IMG/VR virus record: IMGVR_UViG_3300030330_003556
Span: 1 to 48,192 of that record
Source of the DNA: a virus
Taxonomy: Duplodnaviria > Caudoviricetes
DNA length: 48,192 bases
Reading direction: 5' to 3' (one strand)
Part shown: positions 26,362 through 37,387 of the stretch, piece by piece
Numbering within the stretch: the stretch's first letter is position 1
How the letters are laid out: each line of letters opens with the position of its first letter
Notes under the pieces: model-generated
Seen by the model: only the letters and a program-made list of their open reading frames with translations
Told to the model about the DNA's origin: nothing
The model's database searches: none
Translations under genes and position numbers: made by a program

Positions 26362-27036
26362 TTATTTTGTAACTGCACCACCTAGCGATGTTAAACCTCC
26401 ACTAGCAATACCAAGTCCAGCTTGTAGTGCTCCTGTAAACATAGCGTCTATAGCTTGATTTTGTTGATCAACAGCTTGATTCGCGGCATCAGCTCTTGCC
26501 ATTGCTAAATTTCTCAACTCATCTTGCTTAGCAAACTCCGCTTGTTCTACCATAGCTCTACCTTCTCTTTCTAGTAAATCTCTTTTTTGTTCACCTAAAG
26601 CTTTTGCATCTGCTAACCTAGATTGTTCAGCCAAAGCTCTTGTTTGATTAGCCTGCTCTTGAGCCGCGATACTAACAGAAGCTTGTTGAGCTTGTTTAAC
26701 ACCTTGGTTAGCTAACACTTGCGCTAACCCAGCAATACCACTACTACCAGCTGCGCCTTGCATACTTTGCATTATATTAGCCATAGCTTGTTGAGACTGT
26801 TCCTTTTCAAATTGAGCTTGTTTTAAATTAACAGTTTGATCTTCATAAACATTTTCCATATTTTCATACGGGTTTTTAACACCCGCATAAGGATTAGTCA
26901 TTTTTCTATCTTCAAACTGTTCTATTTGAGCTTGTAAATCTCTATTAGCTTCGTCTCTTTCTCTTCTAAGTTGCGCACCACCAAATAAAGCTGTAATGAA
27001 TTTAGCTGGTGAATCGCTATTGTTGTTATATGCCAT
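26362..27036 (-). CDS. internal virion/DNA ejection protein
   Basis: Ala/Gln-rich helical sequence with Gly-rich hydrophobic patches, typical of podovirus pilot proteins. Confidence 0.65.
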   Translation of the reverse strand: MAYNNNSDSPAKFITALFGGAQLRRERDEANRDLQAQIEQFEDRKMTNPYAGVKNPYENMENVYEDQTVNLKQAQFEKEQSQQAMANIMQSMQGAAGSSGIAGLAQVLANQGVKQAQQASVSIAAQEQANQTRALAEQSRLADAKALGEQKRDLLEREGRAMVEQAEFAKQDELRNLAMARADAANQAVDQQNQAIDAMFTGALQAGLGIASGGLTSLGGAVTK

Positions 27037-27074
27037 AATTATATTGTTTTATTTATTATTACAGTTTTTAGTAA

Positions 27075-27452
27075 TTATTTACTACTAGCTGTTATTTCTG
27101 AACCAATTGAATAAAGCTCTGCTTTTTCACTAGAATTATTAGCGAAAGTAGCCTGAGCATAGTAACCAACTAAACCTGACAAGTTTGTATAAGTGTTTTT
27201 AGCAAACATTATAAAGTCGTTAGGGCCCGGTATTAAGGGACTTCCAACCGAAGTGTTGTCTACAAGTATTCTGTTGTTTTCTATTGCTACGATAACGCCT
27301 AAAAACAATGGCGTTTGCTCTTCACCTGTCGTGGTGTTTATTGATTGATTAAAACCACCTAACTCAAAAGGTGTTACACTGTAAGCATAATCACCTACTT
27401 GTAATGAATCATTATCTATGTCTGCTGTAAAGTTTATAAAATATTCTGCCAT
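27075..27452 (-). CDS. small tail-associated structural protein
   Basis: N.SLQVGD.AY, F.MF.K and L.GYYA...F.N.S....EL motifs; lies in the tail block. Confidence 0.55.
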   Translation of the reverse strand: MAEYFINFTADIDNDSLQVGDYAYSVTPFELGGFNQSINTTTGEEQTPLFLGVIVAIENNRILVDNTSVGSPLIPGPNDFIMFAKNTYTNLSGLVGYYAQATFANNSSEKAELYSIGSEITASSK

Positions 27453-27453
27453 G

Positions 27454-28761
27454 TTATGCTCCGCTTAATCCTTGTGTTAATACTCTATCTAAATCTAAAA
27501 TTACGGTTTGATTATTTCTTGGAAACTTACGTAAATATATATTTGCTGTCAAAAAAACTTCATTGCTAGAACCGTCTATGTATATTTTAGTTCTTACAGG
27601 TATAGGTCTAGCAACAGTAGCATTAGTCTCTGCATTTGCAATTGTTAAAACGCCCTCTGTTAAACCGTTAGTATTGTTAACAAGAGACACTGTAGTAGCG
27701 CTAGAACTTGTAGATTTATTTAATCCTCTCATTCTAATTTCAGAACCTTTTCCAATGCCAATCATACCGTTTACATCTATAGTGCTTTGCCCTGCTGTTA
27801 TAGCGGTTCTTACACTAGTTGTTACCTGACCAAGTCTTACTTTTACTAAATCTAATTCTAAAACAATACCTATAGCTCTTTCTATTAATCTAAAACCGTA
27901 CGCTCTAAACGTCATGGTTTGTCCGTGCTCAAAGGGTGAATTACTTGAAAACTCTATTGTTTTAGTAGTAGTGTTTATACTAGTTATCGTGGTTGTGCTA
28001 GCAGGCGCAGTTGTAGTTTTGTGATATGTTAATTCCATACCTACAACTAAATTACTTGTATCGGCAACCGTAACACTATTTCCGCTAGCGCCATCACCAG
28101 CTGGGTTTGTTACTATATTTTCTGTTGTTTGCCAGTAAAATACATCGTTATCAAAATCTCCTAAGTTTGGATTATTTGGTAATGTGTTTTTTATAAAATA
28201 ACCAAAATCTGTTATTGCTGGCGAAACATCTAACTGTAAGTCTATAGCCCTAATAACTGGTGCGTTTCTTTGTTGAAATGACGTTGTAGACGTTTGGGTG
28301 TTGCTACCAATCGTAGTACCAGCAAAACCATTTCCTGCGGCTGTAATAGTTATCTGAGAGTCACCTATTTGTTCTATAGTTTGACTATAATATAAACTGT
28401 TTTTACCAAAAGCTAACTCAGTATTTTTGCTTGCATCAGGTATAATAATAAAAGTATACGTGTCACCGCTTGCAGCAGCCGGTATAGATATATTATATGT
28501 TCCTGGTGAACTATTTTTTAATCTACTCTGAGATGTTACAGTTGCTTCAAAAGTATTAGTTACAAAATTATATTTTCTATTATCAGAAGATCTTTCAATA
28601 GTCATACTAAACATAGCCGCACTAGAACCTTCTATTGTAATTATAGCATTGCTAGCCCTCGCACTAAAAATATTTTTATTAAAAAAAATACTTTTTATAT
28701 AATTTTTGTCTTTATTAGCTAAAATTCTAGCTGAAGATGTTTGTGTTACGTTATAAGCCAT
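27454..28761 (-). CDS. tail/fibre-like structural protein
   Basis: Thr/Ser/Asn-rich beta protein containing an L.VGM...T.ITSI fibre-type module. Confidence 0.55.
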   Translation of the reverse strand: MAYNVTQTSSARILANKDKNYIKSIFFNKNIFSARASNAIITIEGSSAAMFSMTIERSSDNRKYNFVTNTFEATVTSQSRLKNSSPGTYNISIPAAASGDTYTFIIIPDASKNTELAFGKNSLYYSQTIEQIGDSQITITAAGNGFAGTTIGSNTQTSTTSFQQRNAPVIRAIDLQLDVSPAITDFGYFIKNTLPNNPNLGDFDNDVFYWQTTENIVTNPAGDGASGNSVTVADTSNLVVGMELTYHKTTTAPASTTTITSINTTTKTIEFSSNSPFEHGQTMTFRAYGFRLIERAIGIVLELDLVKVRLGQVTTSVRTAITAGQSTIDVNGMIGIGKGSEIRMRGLNKSTSSSATTVSLVNNTNGLTEGVLTIANAETNATVARPIPVRTKIYIDGSSNEVFLTANIYLRKFPRNNQTVILDLDRVLTQGLSGA

Positions 28762-28762
28762 A

Positions 28763-31700
28763 TTAGAATTGTTCTATATTATCAACTATACCTAAACCTT
28801 GAAAATTAAAAGCAGCTGTATCTACTTGATCTTGATTACCTTTTATATAGTTAAACCACTTACCTTCTTTCTCAATAAACTCATTTATAGCGCCTTGTTG
28901 TTTATTTGTAAATATATCTTGCACATACCAACCATTTTTGTTTGTAAGATTATAATATTCACCATCAGTAAAAACCATTTCAAAAGTTTGCTCTTGTAAA
29001 ATTATATCTTCAATATTAAAACCAAATTGTGATCCAGGAACAAAATTATTCATGTTAGAAACATCAGCAAAAGGAACTATTGTAATAAAATTACTTATAG
29101 CACCCGCATAAGAAGCCATGTCTGCGCCTACAGGAACAAAAATCAAAAACAAATTAGCGGTACCAGGTGGAATATTTAAGTTTTCAGTATGTATTACAAG
29201 TTGATTATTATCTGATTCATCTAGGATAGCAGCAGCTATATAAGTAGTAACATTAGTAGTTGATATTGCGGCAGTTATTAAGTACATACCAGCAGGATAA
29301 GAGTTTGCGTCTAACCGTTTGTAGTTTACTTGTAATTGATACGCTCCAACAGTGTTAGAGGGTAATGGTATTGTAAAAAACGAGCTAGCAAGACCACCGT
29401 TAACTCCATTAGCGCCCATGTTTGAGTTTATAATAACACCGGGTTGGCCAGGGCCAGGAAGTGTACTACTCTGAGATCCGTTGTTAAAATTAGAGACAAC
29501 AACATCTGGAGCTATATCACTACCTAAAGTCATAGTAGATCCTACTTGAAAATCATCGGCAGGAAGAATATTTGTAGCAAAAGCATCTACTTTAGCTTGT
29601 GTTCCTTCGTAATTTAATGTATTAAAATTTTTAACTACTTCTGGGCTCGCGTTTAAAACAGGTGTTATTGTTGAAATATAACCTTCTTCTCCATAAAAAC
29701 TGTTTCTGGTTTCGTTAGTATGGTGTTTCCATATTTGGCCGTTTTTAAAACTATAATATTGATTTACAGCGCTAATAGATATTTCAGGTACAAATGATTT
29801 AAAACTAACCCAACCCTTTGACTTTTCACTATAAGTAACTGTTATTTCATCACCAGGATTTATAAATTTTTCGCCACTACCACCATTACTACCACCATAA
29901 CTACCACCGTTACTACCACCTCCTTCACCAACAAAATTAGTAATTATATCTATATCGTGATCTCCTCTTAGAGTTAAATTATAATCGCCATTGTAAGAGT
30001 CGTAACTACCATATAACACGGGATAATTAACTAAATTATCTCTAAACCAATCACTCATACCTGCTTCAGATATTGGTGTTAAACCATCTAAAGAAAGTCT
30101 TAAAACAGCACCTCTTTGTCTGTCTGTAAAATAAGCTCTAAATGATTCAGCAGCAAAAGATTCTGGGTTTTTTGATATTCCAAATTTACCTCTAAAAGGT
30201 TGTACAGTCCCTAAAAATCTATTGCTAGCCAATAGGTTTGTATTACCGTCCGCATTAAATAATAAATCTCTATCAACAAATATTTGCAATACCTTATCTT
30301 CACAAAGAGTAACTAAGTCTCTAGTTCTTGAATATAGTTTTTGAATACTACCAAACGTTGGGTTTACATCTTTAGTAATTTTTTCAGCTTGTATAAACTG
30401 ATTTAAATTATTAATACCACTAGTAGAGTTATAAAGACCTGAGTATATAAGACCATATTTTCTTCTATCTTCTTTGTATTGTTTTTCTAAAACAGTAGAT
30501 GCTTTTACACCGTTTAGTATAAAAGTTTCGTTAAAATCATCTCTAATTCTATTTGATTCAACACCATTACCAAAACTAAAACAATTGTACCAAGGTAAAC
30601 CAACTTTTCTTTCAAATATTTGTTTCCTTAACCTTACTTTAGTTACATATTTACCTGGTGCTGGTTGCTGACCTGGAGGCGCAGGTGTATCTGCTATGTC
30701 TATAACTTCATCAATAATAGCAGATGTATAACTAAGATCTTCTCTATAAAATTTTATTAATTTACCTTGAAAAGAAGCATTTTGATCTGCGATAGTAGGT
30801 GGCGCGCCCCAGTCTCTAAGACCAGGATTATTTATTGTTAGTTCATCACCATCCCACGCTGCGACTTTAGGGTAAAAATCAAGACCAGGATATGTTAGAT
30901 TTTGCGTACCTAATACAGCGTAAGAGTTTGCTTCACAAAAAACCTTACTACCTACAGGGGCTAATAAATGACCTTCCATAGAGTCTGTTCCAGCATCTCT
31001 TAACTGTACCGGTATTGCGTTGCTAGCCTCGTAATATATATTTAAATCTACATCTTCTTTGGCTTCTGTTTCAAAAATAGCTGGTGAAGTAGGTATATTG
31101 TTTTCTAAATCAAGCTTATTGTCTACAAATCTTAAATCAGTAGAAGTTGTAGCTGTAAAATCTTCTGGATTAACAATACCATCTCTAGGATCTTTGTCTA
31201 GTTGTAATATAAAAGTAACTCTTCTATTATTTGCTTTACCAAAATTAACAATAGTGTTTTTAAGATGTGTATAAGTAAAATGATTAGTAGTCATACTAGT
31301 CCAACCTTGCTGCTTTAAGTATCTTACAAATGTATCAAAAGCACCTGCTACACTTTTAGGAAATCTAATATTTTGTCCAATCGCGTTAGCTATACCAAAT
31401 AAAGAACTATTGTTTGGTGTAGATAAATTTGGCCCTGTTCCAGTACTATTAATTGCTCCACCATCACCATAGTCATGCTCTAAGTTTGGATTCCAAGAAG
31501 TGTGATTATAAACGTTTACTCTATGAACATCTAAAATTTCATATATATTTTGATCGTCACCAGCAAACTGGAACTTAGTTTTATTAATTATATTGTTTTC
31601 TACAGCTTGATTAGCAGAATCTAAAAAACCTATATCAAAAGCTGCTAAAGCCTCTGTTTGCGCTGTAGAAGATAAACTTGCAGGGGTTGCAAAAATTCGT

Positions 31701-34700
31701 TCCCACTCTTCCGGCGAACCGTTATTTACAGCGTTACCAACAGTAAAAGCCTGTGTACCCGTGTCATGCTCTAAATACATAGCACTAGCAGATATTCTAT
31801 CTAAAGCATAGTCAAACAAAGCTTGAACAAGAGTTTGTTTACTTAAGTTACTGTTTGCGGCTGCAGCGTTGTTATCTAACCAGTTTTCAAAAGCTGTAAA
31901 ATCACCATCGTGTAAGTCTACGCCTGGGCAAGAAAAAGAATAATGCATCCAACACTTACCACCATCCTTCTTTTTATAGACATAGTTGTTATTTAAATAT
32001 TGTCCATCAGTTTTTATATCCATCATAAAAAGATCTTCTCCTTTTATACTTTGAACACTATGTGGTTTTTCTAAATTTACCAAAAGTCCATCTGTATAAT
32101 GTCTAACTGTTAAAGGAGTAATCATGTGTCTACATCCTGTAGGTCCAGTATAAGTAGTTACTTGATCAGGCTGACCGTTTTGGTCGTACGTCACCGGACC
32201 ACTTGTGTCTTCTATTATACCTCTTCCGTACGGGCTAAATACACCGTTGGTAAAAGTGCTAACAAAAGCCTCCCAACCATTTATAGGATACTGTTCACTT
32301 GAGCCTCCTTGTTTTGCCCACGGAGTACCAAGCGTTAATACTCCAGAGTCATATGCATCTGGAACTGTTTGTTGACCTGGCGCTAAAGTTATCCAGTGTG
32401 AAGAATCTACAAACCAACCTTTTTTAGAGCCAGCGCCGCTAGAAAAAGTTGTTGCAGCATCCCACTCTGCCTCTGTGTTTGTTAAATTATTTCCAGTTGT
32501 GTTCGTAACACCACCCATTTGATAAGGTAAATAAATTCCCTCACTTGCTGCACCTTGTTGTAAAGAGTGTATTCCAACTTGATCAAACAACGCGAATGTT
32601 GGTGCTATTGCTAAAACCTCGTACGCGTATAAATCTTGCACAGAAGTTATTAAATATTTACGCGTTAACTCATTTGCAACAACTTTAACAAAAAATCTAC
32701 CTTCAAACTCTTGAGGTTGCTTTTGCTCTACTTTAAATATTTCTACACCTAAATTATCACTTATATTTATAGCTTGGTTTGACGGATCTATAATCCAACC
32801 ATCTTTTTGTTTTATAGGTGTTTTTAACGTAAATCTGTATACAGGTGTCGTTGAGTTAACTGTTGTTTCATCATAAGATACAACTAAATATTTTTGTGAA
32901 TATATTTTTACACCAGATTCTGTAATAAAAAACCTAACAGCTAATCTATCAGAAGGTGTTAAAGACTCTATTAAGTCTGGGTGATTATCACCCGTCCATT
33001 GTATTTTTCTTAGTAAAAACTTTTTACTTCCAGGCTTTGGTCCTATATCAGCACTATTTGGAAATAAACCGTTACCAATAACAGCACCAGTATTAGTATT
33101 AAGAGCAATTTGACCAGAATCAACAGCACCAATTAAACTAAAGTTTAATTTTATAGTTTCTGGCGCTTCATTTTTTATATCTATAATTTTAATCTTATTT
33201 TCTTCCCGTACCATTTCCTCTATATCTACTTGTTTTTTCATTGTAAAGTAGTCTCCTTTTTCTATTTTGTTACGGTCTGAAGAAGGAAAAGAAATCCAAA
33301 ATGTTTCGTCTATATCCGAACTGTAAACTCTATCTAAAACTAAATTATAATACTCTCCAGTAGTTTGTTTTATATAGTATTTAAAATAAGAAGCCCAATC
33401 TGGTGGGTTTGTATTGTCTGGTAAAAAGTTCATTTTAGCTGCTAACCTTAAAGATTTATCAGCGTTATTATCAAATCCAGCATCTTCATTATTGTCGTAA
33501 GGTATGTTTATAGAAGCATTTTTACTAGTAAAAACAGGTGTTTCTCTACCATACTCATCACCAAACACAACACCTAGATAATATTTTCTAACGGACTTTA
33601 TAGATGGAAGACCTCTAGAATTTATAAAGTCAGGAGTAGTATTTTCAAAACTACGGTTTTCTTTGCTTACAACAATATCAGGTTTTACTACATCACCTTC
33701 CTTGCTTAAAAAATCGTAATTTTGTAAATAATTAGCATAAACAAGTCTATTACCAGTTATTTCTTGAGCTAAGGCTCTTCTTGGTACATTATCGTAAGGT
33801 CTTAGTATTTGATTATCGGGTAGCGCTGCGTATACATTTTCCGTTGTTATTTCATAAGCACCTTTTTTGTCGTATGTAAAAGACACGTGGTTGTCCGTGC
33901 TATCTGATAAACTACCGTCAGAATTATAACCGTAGTTAGTATTTAGTATTGTTGAAGAAACGTAACTATTGTCGTTCCAATAATTTTGAGAACCAGGACT
34001 ACTAGGATCATTTGGTTTTATGCTGTCTATAGAATATATAGTTGTTGATCTTTCTTTTTTAAATAGTATGTCTATTTGAACAACGTCTTTTGGTATTCCT
34101 GATGCTACTAAGTCTTGTAATCTTACATTTGTAATTTTGTTTTCCATACCAAGATTAAAAGGATCTCTAGTTGGGTGAAAGCCAAATGGACCAGCTAAAA
34201 ACACTGGCTGTGTAAAAGGTGAAAACGCAGAATACTCACCATCTTGGTATTTGTATCTAATAGCAAATCTTATAAAATCTGTTTCAAATATAGCTTTATA
34301 ATCTGTGTCTTTAATTAAATTATAATCTCTAATTACACCATCTCCAAAAAGCAAAGTAGACCCAGCGGCAATATCTTTTATTTCTATTCTATATTTGAAA
34401 CCGTTAGTAATAGTAAGGACATTGAGCACCTCGCCTTCAACTTGAGCATTAGAAGGCAAAAAACCACCAGTACCCTCCGCTGATAAAAACACTTTATCTC
34501 CAACCTGAAGTGGTGATGTCGCTCCTGCTCCCAATATTAACTCAGGCAGCGTATTACTATCAGTTCTAATAATATCACCTACTATTTTTTGATACATGTC
34601 TATATCTTGTAAAACAAATACTGGTTGTATGGCTGTTTCAACAAATTTTACTGTAGGTGCTACTTCTGGTTTTTTACGAATTACCGTTACATGCTCTTCT

Positions 34701-35275
34701 TTTATGTCTCCCTCGTCAACACCGTTTACGTATAACCTTGTGTGTGTGCCTATATTTGTAGTACCTTCTTTACAAGTGTCTATATTTATTTTTTTAGGTT
34801 CAGAAAAATTATCTGTCCAAAATATTAAATTATCTATTATGTTTATACCGGTAATTATATTATTAGGATCAAACTTTAAAACATTTTGCCTATCAACAAA
34901 AACTAAAGTTTCTTCACCATCATGACCATATTCAATTATGTAATTTATAATTTTTGTTATAGTCTCACCTGGTATACCTGTTTCCTCTTCTTTTTGTGCC
35001 CATAAAAAATAATACAAAGTATCATTTTTTTCGTCAGCAACAGTACCAACACATTTTAAATCATCACCATAAACACCATATAAAGTTGTACTATCATGCT
35101 TGTCTTCACCAACTAAAGTGTTACCTAATATATTTTGAACAGTTCCAACGTCTGAATCATCAGAAGTAGTAATCTGTATATTTAATGCATCTCTATATTG
35201 TCCGTTAGGTATTAATCTTTCATCGTCATCTTTGTTCATTATACCTTGACGAAAACTATTTTTAATCTCTGGCAT
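28763..35275 (-). CDS. large tail nozzle/stabilisation protein (tail tubular B-like) with large insertions
   Basis: N-terminal F..G.MNKD.DERL.PNGQYRDALN; GNRLVYANY; FGNGVESNRIRDDFN; GIS.NPESFA; C-terminal F.EKEGKWFNYI. Confidence 0.75.
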   Translation of the reverse strand: MPEIKNSFRQGIMNKDDDERLIPNGQYRDALNIQITTSDDSDVGTVQNILGNTLVGEDKHDSTTLYGVYGDDLKCVGTVADEKNDTLYYFLWAQKEEETGIPGETITKIINYIIEYGHDGEETLVFVDRQNVLKFDPNNIITGINIIDNLIFWTDNFSEPKKINIDTCKEGTTNIGTHTRLYVNGVDEGDIKEEHVTVIRKKPEVAPTVKFVETAIQPVFVLQDIDMYQKIVGDIIRTDSNTLPELILGAGATSPLQVGDKVFLSAEGTGGFLPSNAQVEGEVLNVLTITNGFKYRIEIKDIAAGSTLLFGDGVIRDYNLIKDTDYKAIFETDFIRFAIRYKYQDGEYSAFSPFTQPVFLAGPFGFHPTRDPFNLGMENKITNVRLQDLVASGIPKDVVQIDILFKKERSTTIYSIDSIKPNDPSSPGSQNYWNDNSYVSSTILNTNYGYNSDGSLSDSTDNHVSFTYDKKGAYEITTENVYAALPDNQILRPYDNVPRRALAQEITGNRLVYANYLQNYDFLSKEGDVVKPDIVVSKENRSFENTTPDFINSRGLPSIKSVRKYYLGVVFGDEYGRETPVFTSKNASINIPYDNNEDAGFDNNADKSLRLAAKMNFLPDNTNPPDWASYFKYYIKQTTGEYYNLVLDRVYSSDIDETFWISFPSSDRNKIEKGDYFTMKKQVDIEEMVREENKIKIIDIKNEAPETIKLNFSLIGAVDSGQIALNTNTGAVIGNGLFPNSADIGPKPGSKKFLLRKIQWTGDNHPDLIESLTPSDRLAVRFFITESGVKIYSQKYLVVSYDETTVNSTTPVYRFTLKTPIKQKDGWIIDPSNQAINISDNLGVEIFKVEQKQPQEFEGRFFVKVVANELTRKYLITSVQDLYAYEVLAIAPTFALFDQVGIHSLQQGAASEGIYLPYQMGGVTNTTGNNLTNTEAEWDAATTFSSGAGSKKGWFVDSSHWITLAPGQQTVPDAYDSGVLTLGTPWAKQGGSSEQYPINGWEAFVSTFTNGVFSPYGRGIIEDTSGPVTYDQNGQPDQVTTYTGPTGCRHMITPLTVRHYTDGLLVNLEKPHSVQSIKGEDLFMMDIKTDGQYLNNNYVYKKKDGGKCWMHYSFSCPGVDLHDGDFTAFENWLDNNAAAANSNLSKQTLVQALFDYALDRISASAMYLEHDTGTQAFTVGNAVNNGSPEEWERIFATPASLSSTAQTEALAAFDIGFLDSANQAVENNIINKTKFQFAGDDQNIYEILDVHRVNVYNHTSWNPNLEHDYGDGGAINSTGTGPNLSTPNNSSLFGIANAIGQNIRFPKSVAGAFDTFVRYLKQQGWTSMTTNHFTYTHLKNTIVNFGKANNRRVTFILQLDKDPRDGIVNPEDFTATTSTDLRFVDNKLDLENNIPTSPAIFETEAKEDVDLNIYYEASNAIPVQLRDAGTDSMEGHLLAPVGSKVFCEANSYAVLGTQNLTYPGLDFYPKVAAWDGDELTINNPGLRDWGAPPTIADQNASFQGKLIKFYREDLSYTSAIIDEVIDIADTPAPPGQQPAPGKYVTKVRLRKQIFERKVGLPWYNCFSFGNGVESNRIRDDFNETFILNGVKASTVLEKQYKEDRRKYGLIYSGLYNSTSGINNLNQFIQAEKITKDVNPTFGSIQKLYSRTRDLVTLCEDKVLQIFVDRDLLFNADGNTNLLASNRFLGTVQPFRGKFGISKNPESFAAESFRAYFTDRQRGAVLRLSLDGLTPISEAGMSDWFRDNLVNYPVLYGSYDSYNGDYNLTLRGDHDIDIITNFVGEGGGSNGGSYGGSNGGSGEKFINPGDEITVTYSEKSKGWVSFKSFVPEISISAVNQYYSFKNGQIWKHHTNETRNSFYGEEGYISTITPVLNASPEVVKNFNTLNYEGTQAKVDAFATNILPADDFQVGSTMTLGSDIAPDVVVSNFNNGSQSSTLPGPGQPGVIINSNMGANGVNGGLASSFFTIPLPSNTVGAYQLQVNYKRLDANSYPAGMYLITAAISTTNVTTYIAAAILDESDNNQLVIHTENLNIPPGTANLFLIFVPVGADMASYAGAISNFITIVPFADVSNMNNFVPGSQFGFNIEDIILQEQTFEMVFTDGEYYNLTNKNGWYVQDIFTNKQQGAINEFIEKEGKWFNYIKGNQDQVDTAAFNFQGLGIVDNIEQF
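29876..29920. repeat. 12-bp tandem repeat (ACTACCACC-NNN, about 4 copies) encoding GGSN/GGSY linker
   Basis: actaccacc-att-actaccacc-ata-actaccacc-gtt-actaccacc. Confidence 0.8.
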
Positions 35276-35281
35276 ATTATT

Positions 35282-36667
35282 TTATTTTATCCATTTAGAC
35301 TTACCTCTCAATACTTGAATTAGTTCGTGTGTTTTAATATTTGATAATCTTATTTTAGCAGTTCTTATAGCTGCAAATTTTTCTCTTTTAAATCTAGGTA
35401 CTAAAGCTTGTCCGTCTATTCTAGTAGATAACATTGCATAAGCTATAGATTTGTACATGGCTTCTTCCGCAAACTTATGTACTATCATTTCAGCGTTAGT
35501 ACCAAGACCATCACTTATATATTTTAATATTACAGTTTTTCCAGAAACATTAGAGCTAAAATGTATTTTTCCTTTTAACTCGTCTATATAATAACTACCA
35601 TTACCTTGAGCTGTTTCTGGGTGAACACCATATCTTTGTCCAACGTTTAAATCATATATATCAGTATCGTGGTTATAACCATTAGCGTCACCCGTGCTAT
35701 TACTAGTGTCGCTAGTATAAGTGTCCCAAGTTTCAGAATCTGCAGGTGTTGATATAAAAGTTACTTGGTTACCAACAGTAGACGCTAAAAGAGGGTTGTT
35801 TGAAACAGTTATAACATTGTCGTTTACATCAGTTACTACGGTTCCAACTGGAAAATCAATATGCGAAACTAACATACCAACTTTTACACTTGATACATTT
35901 ACGTTGGGACTTTGAGTCAAGGTTGGTAAAAGTGGAATATAAGTTAAGTCGTCTACAACAACGGGTGTTTTTTGTAAAAGTAAAAGTTCGTTTTCTTTGT
36001 AAAAATTAAAAGTAAATTTTGTTCCACTAGGGGCGCCAGAATTAAAAGGTGAAAGTTGATCTACCGTTTGAAATGGGTCAGCTTGACCTAATGTTATAGT
36101 TGTAACGCCATTACTGTGGGATACAGTTTGTACTATAGCTGTGCCAGTCGCTTGTGAAAGAAATTGTCCTGAACCAAAATTAGGGTTATCGGCTATCATA
36201 CCAACTTGTATTTCTTTATATTCACCATCTAAAGTAAACTCATTAAGTGGTGCAATAGAAGGCGATGTAGCAACAGCCGTTAGTTTATATTCACCGTCTT
36301 CGTTTTGTAATATTGGAGTTGGATTTGAAGTGTGTTTAGTTGGATATAAAGGACGCTCAATACCATTGTCGTCTACCCAACATATTTTTGTGTAATTTAC
36401 ATAATCTTGAGGAAGCACCATAGTGTTTGATGGTGGTAATGTAATTTCTTGTGACTTGATACTTTTGAATGTATCAAATGATAATTCTTGTATTGCTCTT
36501 TGAGCGTGAAAAGCTATATCAGTTCTTTTTGCTTTTGGTATTATTTTATGCTCACCAACGTAAGCTATTGTAAAATTAGTTATAATATCGTTTAGTGATA
36601 TAAATTGATAACCACCAAAATCGTTACCATCGTAATAATCTTGTTGCGTTTGAGTTAATAATGCCAT
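35282..36667 (-). CDS. tail ring/adaptor structural protein with inserted beta modules
   Basis: FHAQRAIQELSFD..LPQDYVNY N-terminal part and YISDGL..VHKFAEEA.Y C-terminal part; located after the capsid genes. Confidence 0.65.
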   Translation of the reverse strand: MALLTQTQQDYYDGNDFGGYQFISLNDIITNFTIAYVGEHKIIPKAKRTDIAFHAQRAIQELSFDTFKSIKSQEITLPPSNTMVLPQDYVNYTKICWVDDNGIERPLYPTKHTSNPTPILQNEDGEYKLTAVATSPSIAPLNEFTLDGEYKEIQVGMIADNPNFGSGQFLSQATGTAIVQTVSHSNGVTTITLGQADPFQTVDQLSPFNSGAPSGTKFTFNFYKENELLLLQKTPVVVDDLTYIPLLPTLTQSPNVNVSSVKVGMLVSHIDFPVGTVVTDVNDNVITVSNNPLLASTVGNQVTFISTPADSETWDTYTSDTSNSTGDANGYNHDTDIYDLNVGQRYGVHPETAQGNGSYYIDELKGKIHFSSNVSGKTVILKYISDGLGTNAEMIVHKFAEEAMYKSIAYAMLSTRIDGQALVPRFKREKFAAIRTAKIRLSNIKTHELIQVLRGKSKWIK

Positions 36668-36672
36668 TTATT

Positions 36673-37374
36673 TTATTGTTTTTCTTGTTGAATATTCTTT
36701 GTGTCTTCACTTGCTGCTATTTGATATAAGTTAGGATCTTTTAATGTAAATCCAGCTAAACTTAATATCTTCATGACTAGCTCTGTTTCTTCTGAAGGAT
36801 GTAATTCAAAATCTTGTCTATCTTCAGCTGTAGCATTAAACAAGGCTTTACCACCAACAACAACATAAGGCCAGCTAACTACAGCCGGTGTTCTTATATA
36901 TTCTACGTCAACTACAGGATCTTGTCTACCTGCAAAGCTAACTATATTATCAAATCTGTCTATCATATATATAGGCCTTCTTAGCGTAGGCTCTGTTAAA
37001 GGACTGAGTTGAAATAATCTAAATTGTTTCTTAGTTACATGTTCGTATATTATATTTTGAAAAGCAATAGTGGTTAATCTATAAAAATTTGGAAGTGCAG
37101 CCAACGAAATTGTATTATCTGCTACGGTAACGTTAGCGGGTACTGTTTGTTCAAAAATACTTATTTTTTCTTCTAGTATATCTACCATATCAGCGTGAAC
37201 AGTATCATTACCACTAAATCTTTTAAATTGATTTAAATCGTAGAAATACTGCTCAAATATATCCATCTGAGCGTGGTTAGCAAGCAAGTTAAATTCTTGA
37301 GGCGTTATATAACCTCTTTGTTCTTTATTTGCAAGAGTTAATACTCTCTGATATATTCTATCTACGTTTATCAT
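36673..37374 (-). CDS. head-tail adaptor (tail tubular A-like)
   Basis: NKEQRGYITPQEFNLLA..AQ..IF, Y.R.P and FELHPSEE motifs; position after the capsid genes. Confidence 0.65.
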   Translation of the reverse strand: MINVDRIYQRVLTLANKEQRGYITPQEFNLLANHAQMDIFEQYFYDLNQFKRFSGNDTVHADMVDILEEKISIFEQTVPANVTVADNTISLAALPNFYRLTTIAFQNIIYEHVTKKQFRLFQLSPLTEPTLRRPIYMIDRFDNIVSFAGRQDPVVDVEYIRTPAVVSWPYVVVGGKALFNATAEDRQDFELHPSEETELVMKILSLAGFTLKDPNLYQIAASEDTKNIQQEKQ

Positions 37375-37387
37375 AATATTTTTTTAT

